A stretch of 64,000 bases of DNA from the NCBI RefSeq assembly GCF_006345805.1, contig NC_043005.1, forward strand, positions 37,324,001-37,388,000, read 5' to 3'. Of the stretch, positions 52,136 through 64,000 are shown one piece after another (positions within the stretch are counted from its first letter, which is position 1; each line of letters opens with the position of its first letter). The position numbers and the translations under genes are program-made. Below the pieces are notes generated by a model that had not been told where the DNA came from, searched no databases, and worked only from the letters and a program-made list of their open reading frames with translations. Source of the DNA: Octopus sinensis (taxonomy: Eukaryota).

Positions 52136-53376
52136 GACACACATGACCAATGTAGCACAGTAGTGCTTCAGTTATTCTTATGCCCTGCAACTATTTTGAA
52201 AAAAATTTGTAATTTTGTTTCCAAATTCTGCCATGAAATTTTGTGTAGTTTCAGTTTTCTTCTTCTAAAGAGATGACATCAATTCATTAAAATTCTTGAT
52301 TTTATTTGAGTTTATTTTATAATGCTAACATTCATCATTGTTATCCTCCTCATCATCATTTAACATCACTTTTCCATACTTGCAAGGGTTGGACAGAGTT
52401 TATTCGAGGCAGATTTTCTACAGTTGGATACCTTTTCTGTTGCCAACACTCTCCTGCTTCCAAGCAAGGTAATATATATCCCCATGGCCAGACAATGCTC
52501 TTACAGGATATTTGGATTGAATGACACTGCTTTTATGACAGTGGCAAACATATATAGTGATCACGTTATGTCAAAACAAGGACACACACTTGGTGGGCCT
52601 CTTACACTTCTCACCTACTAAATCCTCTTCCAAGGCTTTGTGAGTAGAAGTCACTTGCCCAAGGTGCCATACAATGGGGCTGAACCTGAAACCATGTGGT
52701 TGGGAATCAAACTTCATACCACATAGCCACATCAGTTTAAATATTTTTTTATAATGCAAACTTACCAGCTTAAATAATAGTTCTTATGGACACTTAGATT
52801 CATTATCATACAATTTTTCATTCAAGCCTACCATAAATGCTAGTTACTTCATTATAAACTTCTTAGAGAGAAATTCTTCATTGATACTTCAGTTTCCTTT
52901 TAGTTTGAAGTTAGTATGTTAGTTTATTGTCTTTGCCTCAGGTTCCATGAGATATGATAAGTTTAACTAATTTGAAAATCTTGCAATTGCTATAAAATAC
53001 TAATTGGATAAAACAAAAACACTCAAGTTGAGTTCTGCCTACAGTGATATTGAGTTGGTTTGTGGTTAATCTGTCAATATTTGTGGGAGAATAAACATAT
53101 GCTGTGGGGAAGGCTGGGTGTAGTAAATTGTGTTGGTGGCAATCTCTCCAGTGAGTTCATCGAGTATTATGGTTGTATTTATACACACAGACAAGCACAC
53201 CCACATGTACACACACATGCACACATACACATACATGTGCACACACAAACATACATACACACACAAGATATACACAAATGTTAAATTAAGTTGATTATTT
53301 TCAAGAATAACAACAGAATATTTACTGAGTAGACAACACAATAATAAAAACAGAGTTCTAGTCAGCTTGATATATA

Positions 53377-53421
<45 letters not shown>

Positions 53422-53530
53422 TAGATAGATAGAGAGAGAGGGAGAGAGAGAGAGAGCTCTATCAACATGGCTGTGTGGTTAATAAATTTGTCTTGAAACT
53501 ACATGGTTTCCAGTGATATTATAGAGAGAG

Positions 53531-54650
53531 AGGCAACTATAGAAGCATAAAATTGATGGACTAGGTTATGAAAGTTACCGAATGAGTTACGAGTACAGTA
53601 CAGATTATTAAATGGTGATTTATCCAAGACCAGAAAAAGCTCTACAAATATTCCAGGATGATGTACTATCAACATCCTCTTCTTAGTACAAAAACTACAG
53701 AAGTACTTAGCTTGGAGAAAGCTACTCTACCTAACTCTTGTTCACTTTGACTAGGTCTCTTACTTTGTAGTCTGCTGGTCACTAAGTAATTGGAATACAA
53801 GAACGGCTTTTGCCAGCCATGTATGCCATGCTAAGGAGTGCCATCACCAAGATAAGAGTTAAGAGAAAAATTTAGTGTACTGATTGGTGTACATCATGGT
53901 TCAGTTCTCAGCTTCCTTCTGTTCATTGTTGTTCTCCAGATTATAAGCGAAGAGTTTCAGACTTTTAGTCAGTGGGATCTCCTGTATGCTGGTGACCTAG
54001 AGAATTGGTTGAAGATTTAAAGAAGTAATTCCAAACTTGGAAATGAAACCTTGAATCAAGAGACCTAAATATAACAAAGACCAAAGTTTTAGTTATTTAA
54101 CAGAAAAAGAGACATGACCATGGTCCCATGGGGGAAATTGGTCTTGTTCAATATACAGAGAAAGTTTAGGTAGTATTTTTATATAGTGTATGCTTGTTAA
54201 ACTATGGATGCATGAGAGGTGTAGTGATATCAGAGTCAGGCTTACAAAGAAGGTAAGTGTCATATATAGGATATGTTTAAGGAGTGGAGTTAGCAGTTAG
54301 AGGACACATGTCAGATAAATTTGTTTTAATGCTCTGAAGGTTTCCCACAAGTAACTTATAAAGACCTAATTTACTGTGAAGGTGGATGTTCTGAAAGTAC
54401 TGACACTCGAGTAAGAATAGAGCATTTATGTTGGCAACAAAAGGTTTCTCAGAGTGAAGGATATGTTGTAGAATAACTTTATACAAAGTATGATGTAACA
54501 CCATAGGAATACGTGAATGCTTTTGACAGATGATTTGTGAAGTTTAGAAAGAAACGAAGAAGGCACGCTCCACTGGATGTATAATGGAAGTGTGTATGAC
54601 TAACAAAGCACAAATGAGAGAAAAAAAAAATTGGATGTAAGAGTAATTGG
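53531..54650 (+). pseudogene. Decayed RTE-clade LINE reverse transcriptase and downstream region
   Basis: Fragments translate as GNYRSIKLMD..., GVHHGSVLSFLLFIVVLQIISEEF...WDLLYAGDL (cf. GVHQGSVLSPLLF...LLYADD), followed by a degraded LERNE.MLRW-like segment; many stops and frameshifts. Confidence 0.8.
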
Positions 54651-57264
54651 ATTTATTGTACCAAAGTGATTATAAAGAGGAACTGAGCACCATTAACAGA
54701 TGGAATCTCTGGAAGAGAGAGATCAAGGAAAACAGGGAGCAAAATGGTAAAGACTGATCTCAAGCCACTGAACATCATAAAGGAGATGAATAGAATCACA
54801 TTGCATGTGGTAACACACAGTGTTGGAGAGAACCTACCCAAACCAAACAAGCATAGATAAATGGATGTAACAATTTTGATGTGTGAGCTAATGGAGATTG
54901 GGAAGTATAATATCTACATTTGGATCTCATATACCACTGTCTTTACTCTCTTAATTATTCTCTCTCCCATAAATATGCCTCTCTGTATGGTTCACTACTC
55001 TGTATGGTTTTACTAAAAACAGGTATAGCATCATACTGGACCAGTCCCATATCATCAAATCCTCTTCATTGCTTCCCCTTATTCTCTCTTACTACCCTCC
55101 TTTTACTCCCTCCCCATCACTCATTAATAACAAGTCACTCCCACTTTCTTACCCTTACCTATCTTCTTTGCTCACCATCATCCACTCTCTCACATCACAC
55201 CCTCCTCTATAACTCATTGTTCACCTCCATTTCTCTCTCTCTCTCATTACATTCTCATTCCAACATTCTTACTTTCAACCTTTCCTGTTTCACTCTTTTT
55301 ATACTCTTCTCATCCTGTTTATCTTTAATCTTTTTACTAACAATCATAATATAGCTCTCTCACCAACTATCTCTCTCTGTCTCTCTCTGTCTCTCATACT
55401 CTTCTGTATCACTCTTTCTTTCCTGTCACTCTATTCCATTAATCATTCTTCTGTTTACCTCTCACTCTAGTCTTCTTTCATCATTCTCTCTTCCATCAGC
55501 TGGGAATAATACACTCTGTTGTGTAGGGGGATAAATGGAGACAATGTAAAGAGGTTTCTTTTCCTTTGCCAAGGAAAAGGCAACCTATCTAATGCTGGTG
55601 CCATAATAAAATATACCCAGCAGTACACTCTGTAAAGTGGTTGATGATAGGAATAACCTTTAGCTGTAACAGAAACTGAAATGCTGTGCCAAAAATGAAA
55701 CATACATGTAAGACATGGTTCTTGAAATATTGAGGAGGACAAAAATTCCATTTGTGAACTTGGACTACAATGATACATTCAACCCATGCCATTATAGAAA
55801 AGTGAAACTAACATTAATTCTGATGTTTCTGATGATGATCGTGGTGAGGAGGAAGATGATGATGATAACACCACTAATGATTATGATGTTGATGGCATTG
55901 ATGCTGACACTGGTATCAGTGACACTGTTGCTGATGTCATCACTGCTGCCTCTGTCACTGTTGCTGCTAATACTGTTGTGGTTGCTAACAACAACAATAA
56001 TAGTGATATTCTTATGGCAAGAAAAAAATTTGGTAGTTTTTGCATTTTTACAGTAAATACAAAAATCATTTATTATTTATTACTATTATTTTATGTGGAT
56101 CACTATCCTTTCTAAAAGTAGAATAAATGCTTTTCTAAATCAAGAAACCAAGATCTGGGTATTTGAAGTGTGCAGATTCAGCTATATAGATTTTTGCCAA
56201 TTTGTAAATTATAAATCTTCTAAAAAAAAAAAAAAAAAATTTCCAGTAAGTCAAAAGAAAAAAATAAATGGATAAAAAAGAATAAATATTGTACTTTCTT
56301 GTGAATCTACTATCATATTCATATAACTAGACATAATCTAGCATATCTGGTTAAAATTTAATCTTTCCTTGTGTAGAAATAGGACCAAAACATAAACATA
56401 TATGACTTCTCTTTCTTTCTCTATATCTCTCTCTGTCTCTTTCTTTCTTTCTTTCTCCCTCCTTGTTTTTCCTCTCTCAGTGGAGCTTAGGCTGCTGAAT
56501 TGAATAAATGGCAATGCGCACTATGAGTAGCATATGACATATCTAAATATAAACACACACAGATATATATTGCATCATGAATAACATGTGACATGTGTAT
56601 GTATGTATATGTGTGTGTACATGTGTGTGTATATGTGTGTGTGTGTATATATTATATACCTGTAATATATGTATATAAATATAAATATATATTTATGCAG
56701 TTACACACATACAAACATCAATGCTTACAATGTAAAAAAACCATTGACATACTGTTGATGAAACATAAAGGTATATCTTGTCTTTAATGTGAAACCAGTG
56801 AATTAAATAGCTCCTAAATGGCACTAACTGTCTCAGTTCTTTTCTTTTTATTTCTTACTTTTTAAGCTTTTTTTTAAATCTTAGTATATCATTTAAATTT
56901 ATAGTTTGTAAATGTTTTCATAAATCTATAAATTCTGACAATTCCTTTTTCTTTCTGTTTGTCTGTCTCCCCACCTCCCCTCTCTCTCTCTCTCACTCTC
57001 TACATGTACCCAGACATAAATTTCATGTATGTGTATAAATTTTAAGAGATTTTCAAAAGTATAAAAAATACAAACATCCATCTATTTTGTACCTCTGAGA
57101 ATGCACAATACATAAAGTACATAGATCTGTTATCTGTATGTATAAACTCACATTTACACACACACACTTTGTGTGTATTTAATTATATATTTACTTGTTT
57201 ATCTTTCTTTATTCTTAATCACAATTTTTTTAAATATTTTTTTTTCAATCTTTTTCTTAAACAG

Positions 57265-57405
57265 CCAATGATAAACAATGTCCTCGAAAGGAAAATGTCC
57301 TCAGCCGAGATTGCCTTAAAAGATGTTCAACAGACGATGATTGTGTGAGCAAAAAGAAAAAATGTCTATGCGACGGTGTCTGTGGAATGAGTTGCATTAA
57401 CAAAA
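57265..57405 (+). CDS. lev-9: Internal coding exon encoding a WAP (four-disulfide core) domain; LEV-9/Hasp-like secreted WAP + sushi (CCP) protein
   Basis: Polypyrimidine tract and acceptor (tttttcttaaacag) end at 57264; donor gtaag starts at 57406. The 141 bp are 2+138+1, i.e. phase 1/phase 1, and read NDKQCPRKENVLSRDCLKRCSTDDDCVSKKKKCLCDGVCGMSCINK. There are 8 Cys with CxxDxDC and KCLCDGxCGMSC. The exon call is strong; the family assignment is recalled from the motif (about 0.65). Confidence 0.88.
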
Positions 57406-59520
57406 GTAAGCATTTCTTTTCTATTTTCCACAAGAAATAATTATTTGCTAATTGTCTGTTATATATTTTTCCTTTAGCCAATTATCAGAGTGCAAAACAA
57501 TCGTTGTTAACCCATTAATGAAGGAACTTCACCTTTCTAAACACCTCCGAACTCATTAAACCCATTTCCTCTTAATCTTTCCTCAATTTCTTTCACCTAA
57601 TCTTTTCTAAAAAAAGTTCAGATAACTTAATTTAAATTGAGCCAATGGTATTACTCAGCTTGTCAGAAGTATTAGTTGCATCTCTTTTAAATCATATGAA
57701 AATATCTTTTAGAGGAAAAAATGTACTCCTACAAAAATGTGGTTCTAGACACACTATGTTTGCAATGAGAGACAAAATGGTCATTATTAGAAAATTTATG
57801 ACTATTGGCTATTTGATCTGTATATGGTTTGTAAGGCAGTATTTTTATCTTCTTGAAGCAGTCACAACCAAAATATGTTTCTCAATACTGCACCAGGAAT
57901 CTTTGTTCCTCATTTGTTTTCGTAATTCTTCAGTTTCATGTGTGCTTTTACCAGTAGTATCAATGTAGCTGAATGGTCTTCACCCTCTGCTACGAAAGAA
58001 AGGTCTCCAAAATATATCATCTGATATAGTCTGTTGTTTAACAACAATGGTCAGTGAAGCAACGGCCAGTGCATAAACAGTAGTAGAGATATATCTGCTT
58101 TAGTGTTAGGAATAAAGTGTTAAGCTGCAGTTGTCTAGCATCATATCCAGGAGGTAATATATTTATCACCCTAACTGTAGGGTTTAGTTTAACTAAGTAG
58201 CAGCTAAATGCCTGTTTGTTAACTATTTGAAGATTTCTTGTTGCTTTTGATTCATGCAAAAGAAAAGTTTGACTTATTAAAGAATATATTAAAAATATCA
58301 ATATAAATATTTCTTATATGAAACTAAAGCTCATATTTCCTATTTTAGAAAAAAACCAAACAAGCACATTGAATAAATGCTATAGTCTTGTTTTGATAAT
58401 CTTATGGAATATATTTGCCAAAATTGCTTATATGCTATTATGCATATCAGATTACCATTTTAGAATTTAGGATTATGATGACTTGTTCTTTTAAATCTGT
58501 AGACTTGATTCTTATTTAATTTTATAAAATATAACATTTAACTGAGTTTTCTCTTATTACCAGTAATAAAAAAAATAGTATTTTGTGGATTACATAATAT
58601 TTGGAAAATGTTTGATAATCTTTTGTGCTTTCATAACAATTAAAAAAAAGAGATTTTATATTGCTGTTACCAGAGGATTTTGTGTGTCGTTTTCCTTTCT
58701 ATTTCTGTCTTTAATGAGCCAATATCAATTAGTGGCTAAAGACTATATTACTGACCTAAAATCATGGTATTCATTTATGACAATATTTATTTCACTGTCA
58801 GCTCATGCAACAATAGATGCTCATTCCTACTTCAGGGTTGATGTTTATTCATTTTTAATTTATTATTATTTTAAGAGAGTGTCTGGTTTTAAAACAATGT
58901 CTTCTAATAGGGCATCAATGTAGTAAACTTTATTATGCTTTCTAAATCAATAGAACATTATCAAATTTGCAAGCTGAAAGTAACATCCTGACATTGAAAA
59001 GTGATGTAAACATGCTTCAAATTAAACACACACACTGCTTCCTACTAATGTCTTAAGAACTTGGATTCAATTCTTGTGCCAGATGCTTCAATATATCCTT
59101 GAGCAAGGCACTTCATATCACTTCACTCCAGTCAGCTGAAATTCAGTACTAGTGTAACCCCTTCCTTCTCTCCAGCTGTTACAGTCTTGATATTCTAGTG
59201 GGCCAATTGTGGGAAGCTGAACGAGAGTCTGTGTCTGCCCATAAAACGATTAGTGAAAGTATGGGATTTACTACCAAAGCATACTCACTTAGGAATAATG
59301 GCTTTGCTTTAACCCATGATTCTTTGGCAATACAAGTGATTTCCACCCAGTCTAAGTACTGCTTTAGAAGTTTAGCTGTGTGATATAGATGAATATCTCA
59401 CTTAGCTAGTAAAGAAAATTACATTGGATTAAAACTTGTTAAAATTCAAGACAATAGAAAATGAATGAAATACAGAAGTGAAAAACAGATCAACGTCAGT
59501 TTAAATTTTACCTTGTATTT

Positions 59521-59558
59521 CTTCTGATATTTCAGGTTTAGTAACTCTTCATCAGGAC
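59521..59558 (-). ncRNA. Degenerate minimal hammerhead-like motif (PLE-type relic)
   Basis: Minus strand reads CTGATGA-AGAGTT-acta-AACCT-GAAA-TA-TC: intact core, bulged stem II, broken stem I. It shares the flank aattttacctt(a/g)tatttc with the 14811 motif. Confidence 0.5.
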
Positions 59559-62544
59559 AAATGAAAAAAATGGAAACTGTTATCATTATACAAATATGTG
59601 AAAGAAGGTAGTGACAATGTGCAAACTGGTGTTGTTATAATAACCACTCTGCCTTGTGTAGCTTTTGTCTATTGTTTAATGAAGGTTTAAGCATATTAAT
59701 TAATACCTCTTTGATTTTCGACAAGAACTATACAATACCAATCTGTCAGTAAATTCTCCCACATATCTAAACAATGTTAACAGTTTATAACACTTTGCAT
59801 TGTTTGGCATTTTAAGAAGTTTTAACCTAGAGGGAAAACTACTGCTGGTAGTTGTTAAACAATTTTGCTATGTGTATAGCATGATCAGATGAGATTCAGA
59901 TCTCTATCACAATGATTTCTAAATGATTTATTTAGTTGTTTATATTGATTAAGACAAAAGACTTTGTAAGGACATTGTGCAAATTGAGTCAATTAGTAGA
60001 ACTATGGTAACATACAAGATATTCTAAAATTAAGCTTGAGATTATATTAGTTTCTTGGAATGGCACAAACTCTTCCTTTATTGCAGAAATGTAAATAGTA
60101 ATTAGATTGTAATTAGTAAAAAGATTGGTATACATATAACCTAACGAGATATTAATTCACTCTGGCTTCATCGCATAAACACGCAATACAATTTTACATT
60201 GTTTTCAGCAAACATTGCATCAGTTTTGGCTCCAAATACACATTGTAATAGTTACAATAGTTTGGAATTATGTGATTAATATATTAACTGAATAACAATT
60301 GAATTAATTGTCTTTCTCGTTTATGAACTATATTTATCCATTTTAATAATATGGTTATGGGGAAGAAAATGAAAGAAATGTTTAACGAGGTCCAGTTATT
60401 AAGTCTGTAAAATAAAATAAAATTATTAAACTTCTACATTTTAATCAGTAGAATGTAATTAATTTCTATTTATTTTTGCCTCAGCATTTATTGAAATTGT
60501 TGCCAAACATTCTCTCTTTGGATTCATTTATGCCTTGTTTTCTTTATTGATAAAGTCTATGAAGTATTTACATCTTACTTTTATTTGACCATTTCCTGGA
60601 TATATCCCAATTTGTTATAACTATTTTAATTATATTAAAGCTAATATAGAAAGTCCTAAGGAAGGTAGTTAGTATATCACTGGTCACAGTTAAAATGCTG
60701 CTACCTTGAAGTTGTTCAAAATGATAATATTAATAGGGATCTATAATCTATTTTTAAAAGAGGAAATGGATAAAGATAGGATCTAGCAGTCCACTGCTTG
60801 ACATGTCCCTTTTCATATCTGAGAGGTTTTTGGTCTACCACTGACCCTTTAGCACTGCTGTGCTAACATGATATTGACCAGGTGCTCTGGCCACCTTAAT
60901 ACTACTGGAAAAATCTGAAGTTAAGTGATTTTCCTATAAAACATGTGCACCTACTAGACCAGGAATTGAACCCATGAGCTTATGATGTTGAACATTGTTA
61001 CCTAACCATTTGATCACATGTCTTCTCTAGTCTGTCAAGGCTTGTCCAAACAATTGTCATGACATTATTGTTTGCACCAACACCATTTGTATGATTAAGT
61101 GTTACTGAGTTTGTTTGGCCCATTTAATGTACTGAGGATGTCTGCTAACAAGGGAAGGTAACTACATTTTACATTTCTTCATCATGCTGTACTCAACTGT
61201 GCTAATATCTTAAATTCCATCTGCTAATGGGACTCTTGTTTTGAGTTCCAGCATTTTAAAGAGTGTAGAACTCTTAGCCACTGTTGCTACTAGGACTACT
61301 CTGACCCAGAATAGTCGCACTGTCAGGGTCCCAGCTATAGGTTAATTAGCATATCATGGAATTGCCTCAGGAAGAAGGTCACTCACAGACACCCCCAATG
61401 GGCTCAGGGAAGGTGAGGCTCTTCAGCTATTTAGCTACTCTTTTAAGGATTTATATACAAAATAATTCCATACAAATCCTGTACCCTGATAACTACTGAG
61501 CTCATGGTACTTATTGCACCAGACTAATATGGTTATATATTACCTTATGGGGTAATTTTATTGAGTGTTTAGGAAAAGGGCTAATGGAATAAACTCCAGC
61601 AGGAGATCCAGAGGAAAGTACCCTAGGGCAGATATGTACAGCTATATCTGGAACAACTTGCAGCTCTATCTTCCCTTCAAAACATAATACAATATGAGTA
61701 GAGAGACAATAAGTGTACTTGGGATTAGGTATTGTTTTCTGGAAACAGCCCAAGCATAGCAGAGGTAATTAAGTTACTGTCTTTGCAATTCTACTAACCA
61801 ATGACAAAACAAGGCAAGGCAAGCCATTCATGTGCTATAGAAGCACTAGTCCCATTTCCTTACATAACCTATGCCATGAAGACCTTTAATAAAAATTCTG
61901 AGTTGATAGAAAGGTTGCCATAACATCATATTAGGAAAGTAAAAGCAGGTGAAAAACACTAATTATCAGTATTGAGTACATGACTTATGTAAGAAAAACG
62001 ATAATTATTACCTGTAAGTGTTATTTTCACAGTAATTCATTAATTTTTGCTAGAAATCAGAAAAATATTAATTTTACAATTAACAATATGCTAATAAGAA
62101 TATGACATCAGATTTCCTCATTCTTAATTAACTTTCAGTTCGAATAGCTGTGAATATCAATTTTGAAAATTTACACATCAAATTGATTTTGATTTGATGT
62201 TAAGATTTTAAGTCAGGGAATTTTTTTGCCTGACTCTTTACATGATCAGCCAAATCACACCTGATGATCTAACAAAAGCATTGTTGAATATGCAATCCTA
62301 GTTACACAAAGCTTGAATAAACTGATAGAAAGGTCAAAGTTGGAATTCCTTTGATCATAGGTCTATTCAGTCAGGACCAATTTGGGAAGAAACTAACATC
62401 CCAAAGCCTTCTGTTTCCACAAAATCATTGAGCCATTCATTAAAGATAAATTTACCAATCTTGACAGAATAGATCTAAAGATAAATCCATCTTAGGATAT
62501 AGAATTTTCCAGTCTACTCATAGTTAGCACAAGTGTGTGTGTGA

Positions 62545-62968
62545 GGCATATGTGGAGCTATGTGGTTGAGAAACATGCTTCCCAACTATATGGTCTCAAG
62601 TTCAATCCCTCTGTAAAACAGCTTAGATAAGTGTCTTCTACTATAGCCCCAGGCTGACCAAAACTTTGTGTGTGAGTTTGATTGATGGAAACTATGTGGA
62701 AGACCATCATGTCTATGTATATATATATATGTGTGTGTGTGTATGTGTGTCTGTGTTATTGTTTGTATTTGACCCCCACCACTGCTTGACAACCAGCGTT
62801 AGTTTGTTTACATCCTCACAACTTAGCAATTCAGCAAAAGAGACAAATAAAATAAGTACCAGGCTTAATAAAAAAAATAAGTACTGGAGTACATTTGTTT
62901 GACTAAACCCATCAAGGCAGTACTCTATCATGGCTGCATTCTCATGACTGAAACAAATAAGAGAAAAA
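62545..62968 (+). mobile_element. Older family B SINE
   Basis: Head gctatgtggttgagaa...caagttcaatccc; tail gactgaaacaaataagag. Confidence 0.75.
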
Positions 62969-63314
62969 GGCAAAAGATAGTATCATCTTCTCATAATATC
63001 TGGTGCCTCCATTAAAGACTCTTGCATAAAATGTTAAACAGTATATGTTTTGTTGTGTCTTGGGAGGGCCATTATACCAATAACAAGCACACACACTGGT
63101 TCTATTTCACTTCTTTATTTTTATTAGTCACTTGGTTAACCATTGAGCAATCGATTGTTGATTAATTCATTTGGTTAATCAAGCAGTTAGTTTTGTCAAA
63201 GTCCTTTTGTCACCATTTGCAGCTGCATCAGTATCATGCCCTTTCCAACTCCTTGTCAGTTTCAGGTCTGTCTGTCTTCTCTAAGCCCTAAATGCAGATG
63301 ACATCCAATGATTA

Positions 63315-63660
63315 GAGAGGAGCAAAGCTGGTGGGCTCCCCTGGATGTGCAATGTCAGTGTACACGAATGACTGAGTGCTTATGTATTGAGAGAAAAGAT
63401 ATAAGAGGAATTAGCTGCAGTGTGCAAGAGAGAAGTTTGTGTTGGTTGGATCATGTGATGCATATGGACGAGGACAGTTGCATAAAGAAGTTCTGATTAC
63501 TGAAAGTGGAGAGAAGATGCAGAAGAGGGAAACCTAGGAAGACATCAGACAAAGTATTGAAGGCTGATCACGAAACGCTGAATCTTACAAAGATGACAAA
63601 TAACCGAGATACATGTCACAATGCTGTACTCAAAATGACCCACCCACCACAACAGAATTA
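63315..63660 (+). pseudogene. Decayed 3' end of an RTE-clade LINE
   Basis: Reads WMCNVSVHE...RGISCSVQERSLCWLDHVMHMDEDSCIKK...RRGKPRKT; the supplied ORF 63308-63496 captures part of this. Confidence 0.7.
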
Positions 63661-64000
63661 ATATTCTAAAACCTCCTTGGTAATACTTGCCTATAAGGGG
63701 TTCTTTCCTGTCAATCTTCTCCCCCACCACATTTCATCCCCTAACACCCATCACTTCTATCACCTGAGAGCAGAATAGGAACTTACTGCACCAACCTGGC
63801 TTTCTCTGTTACCGTTACTCTCCACTCGGTTACTTTCTTCCCCTGCCTACAGTCTCCATCAATCACCTTCTTTCTATGTCTTCTCTCCTCTCTTTGTGCT
63901 GCTCTCCATCATAAACTCTTCACTTTCCTCCTACCACCCTTGATGCCCTCACATATCTGCTGCAAACCCCAACCCTGAATCTCAGCTATATTTCTCTCCA

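Noticed and set aside
54920-55480. 144-aa ORF in a C/T-rich region
   Set aside because: Low-complexity pyrimidine-rich sequence giving an L/S/H/T-biased translation; no homology evident.
61290-61440. Possible RTE 5' end with hairpin ctattctg-ggt-cagagtag; tested for an HDV-like ribozyme on the minus strand
   Set aside because: The segment between putative P2 and P1' is too short for P3/L3; the pseudoknot could not be built.

Overview
AT-rich, microsatellite- and SINE-dense animal DNA. The repeat families look cephalopod (octopus-like); this is inferred from the repeat content, not from a search. The only host coding sequence I can support is one 141-bp phase-1/phase-1 exon on + (57265-57405) encoding a WAP/four-disulfide-core domain of the LEV-9/Hasp type. 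Most of the window is therefore probably intron or flank of that gene. The rest is (TA)n/(CA)n/(CTA)n tracts, several tRNA-headed or RTE-tailed SINE families (three nested with clean 13-18 bp target-site duplications), decayed RTE LINE fragments, a decayed R4/Dong-like restriction-endonuclease LINE fragment and two MITEs. Nearly all ORFs in the supplied track are microsatellite artefacts. The stand-out feature is at 43379-44558: two near-identical tandem copies (period about 623 bp) of a unit whose core is a 413-bp near-perfect palindrome (202-bp arms, 9-nt loop). Each arm carries a complete type I hammerhead ribozyme motif, giving two hammerheads per strand with predicted cleavage sites 622 nt apart in both polarities. 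This resembles Penelope-like element (PLE) repeats and retrozymes but is ambisense and rod-like. Four further degenerate hammerhead-like motifs are scattered through the window. All alignments and folds were done by eye, and coordinates of old repeats are approximate.
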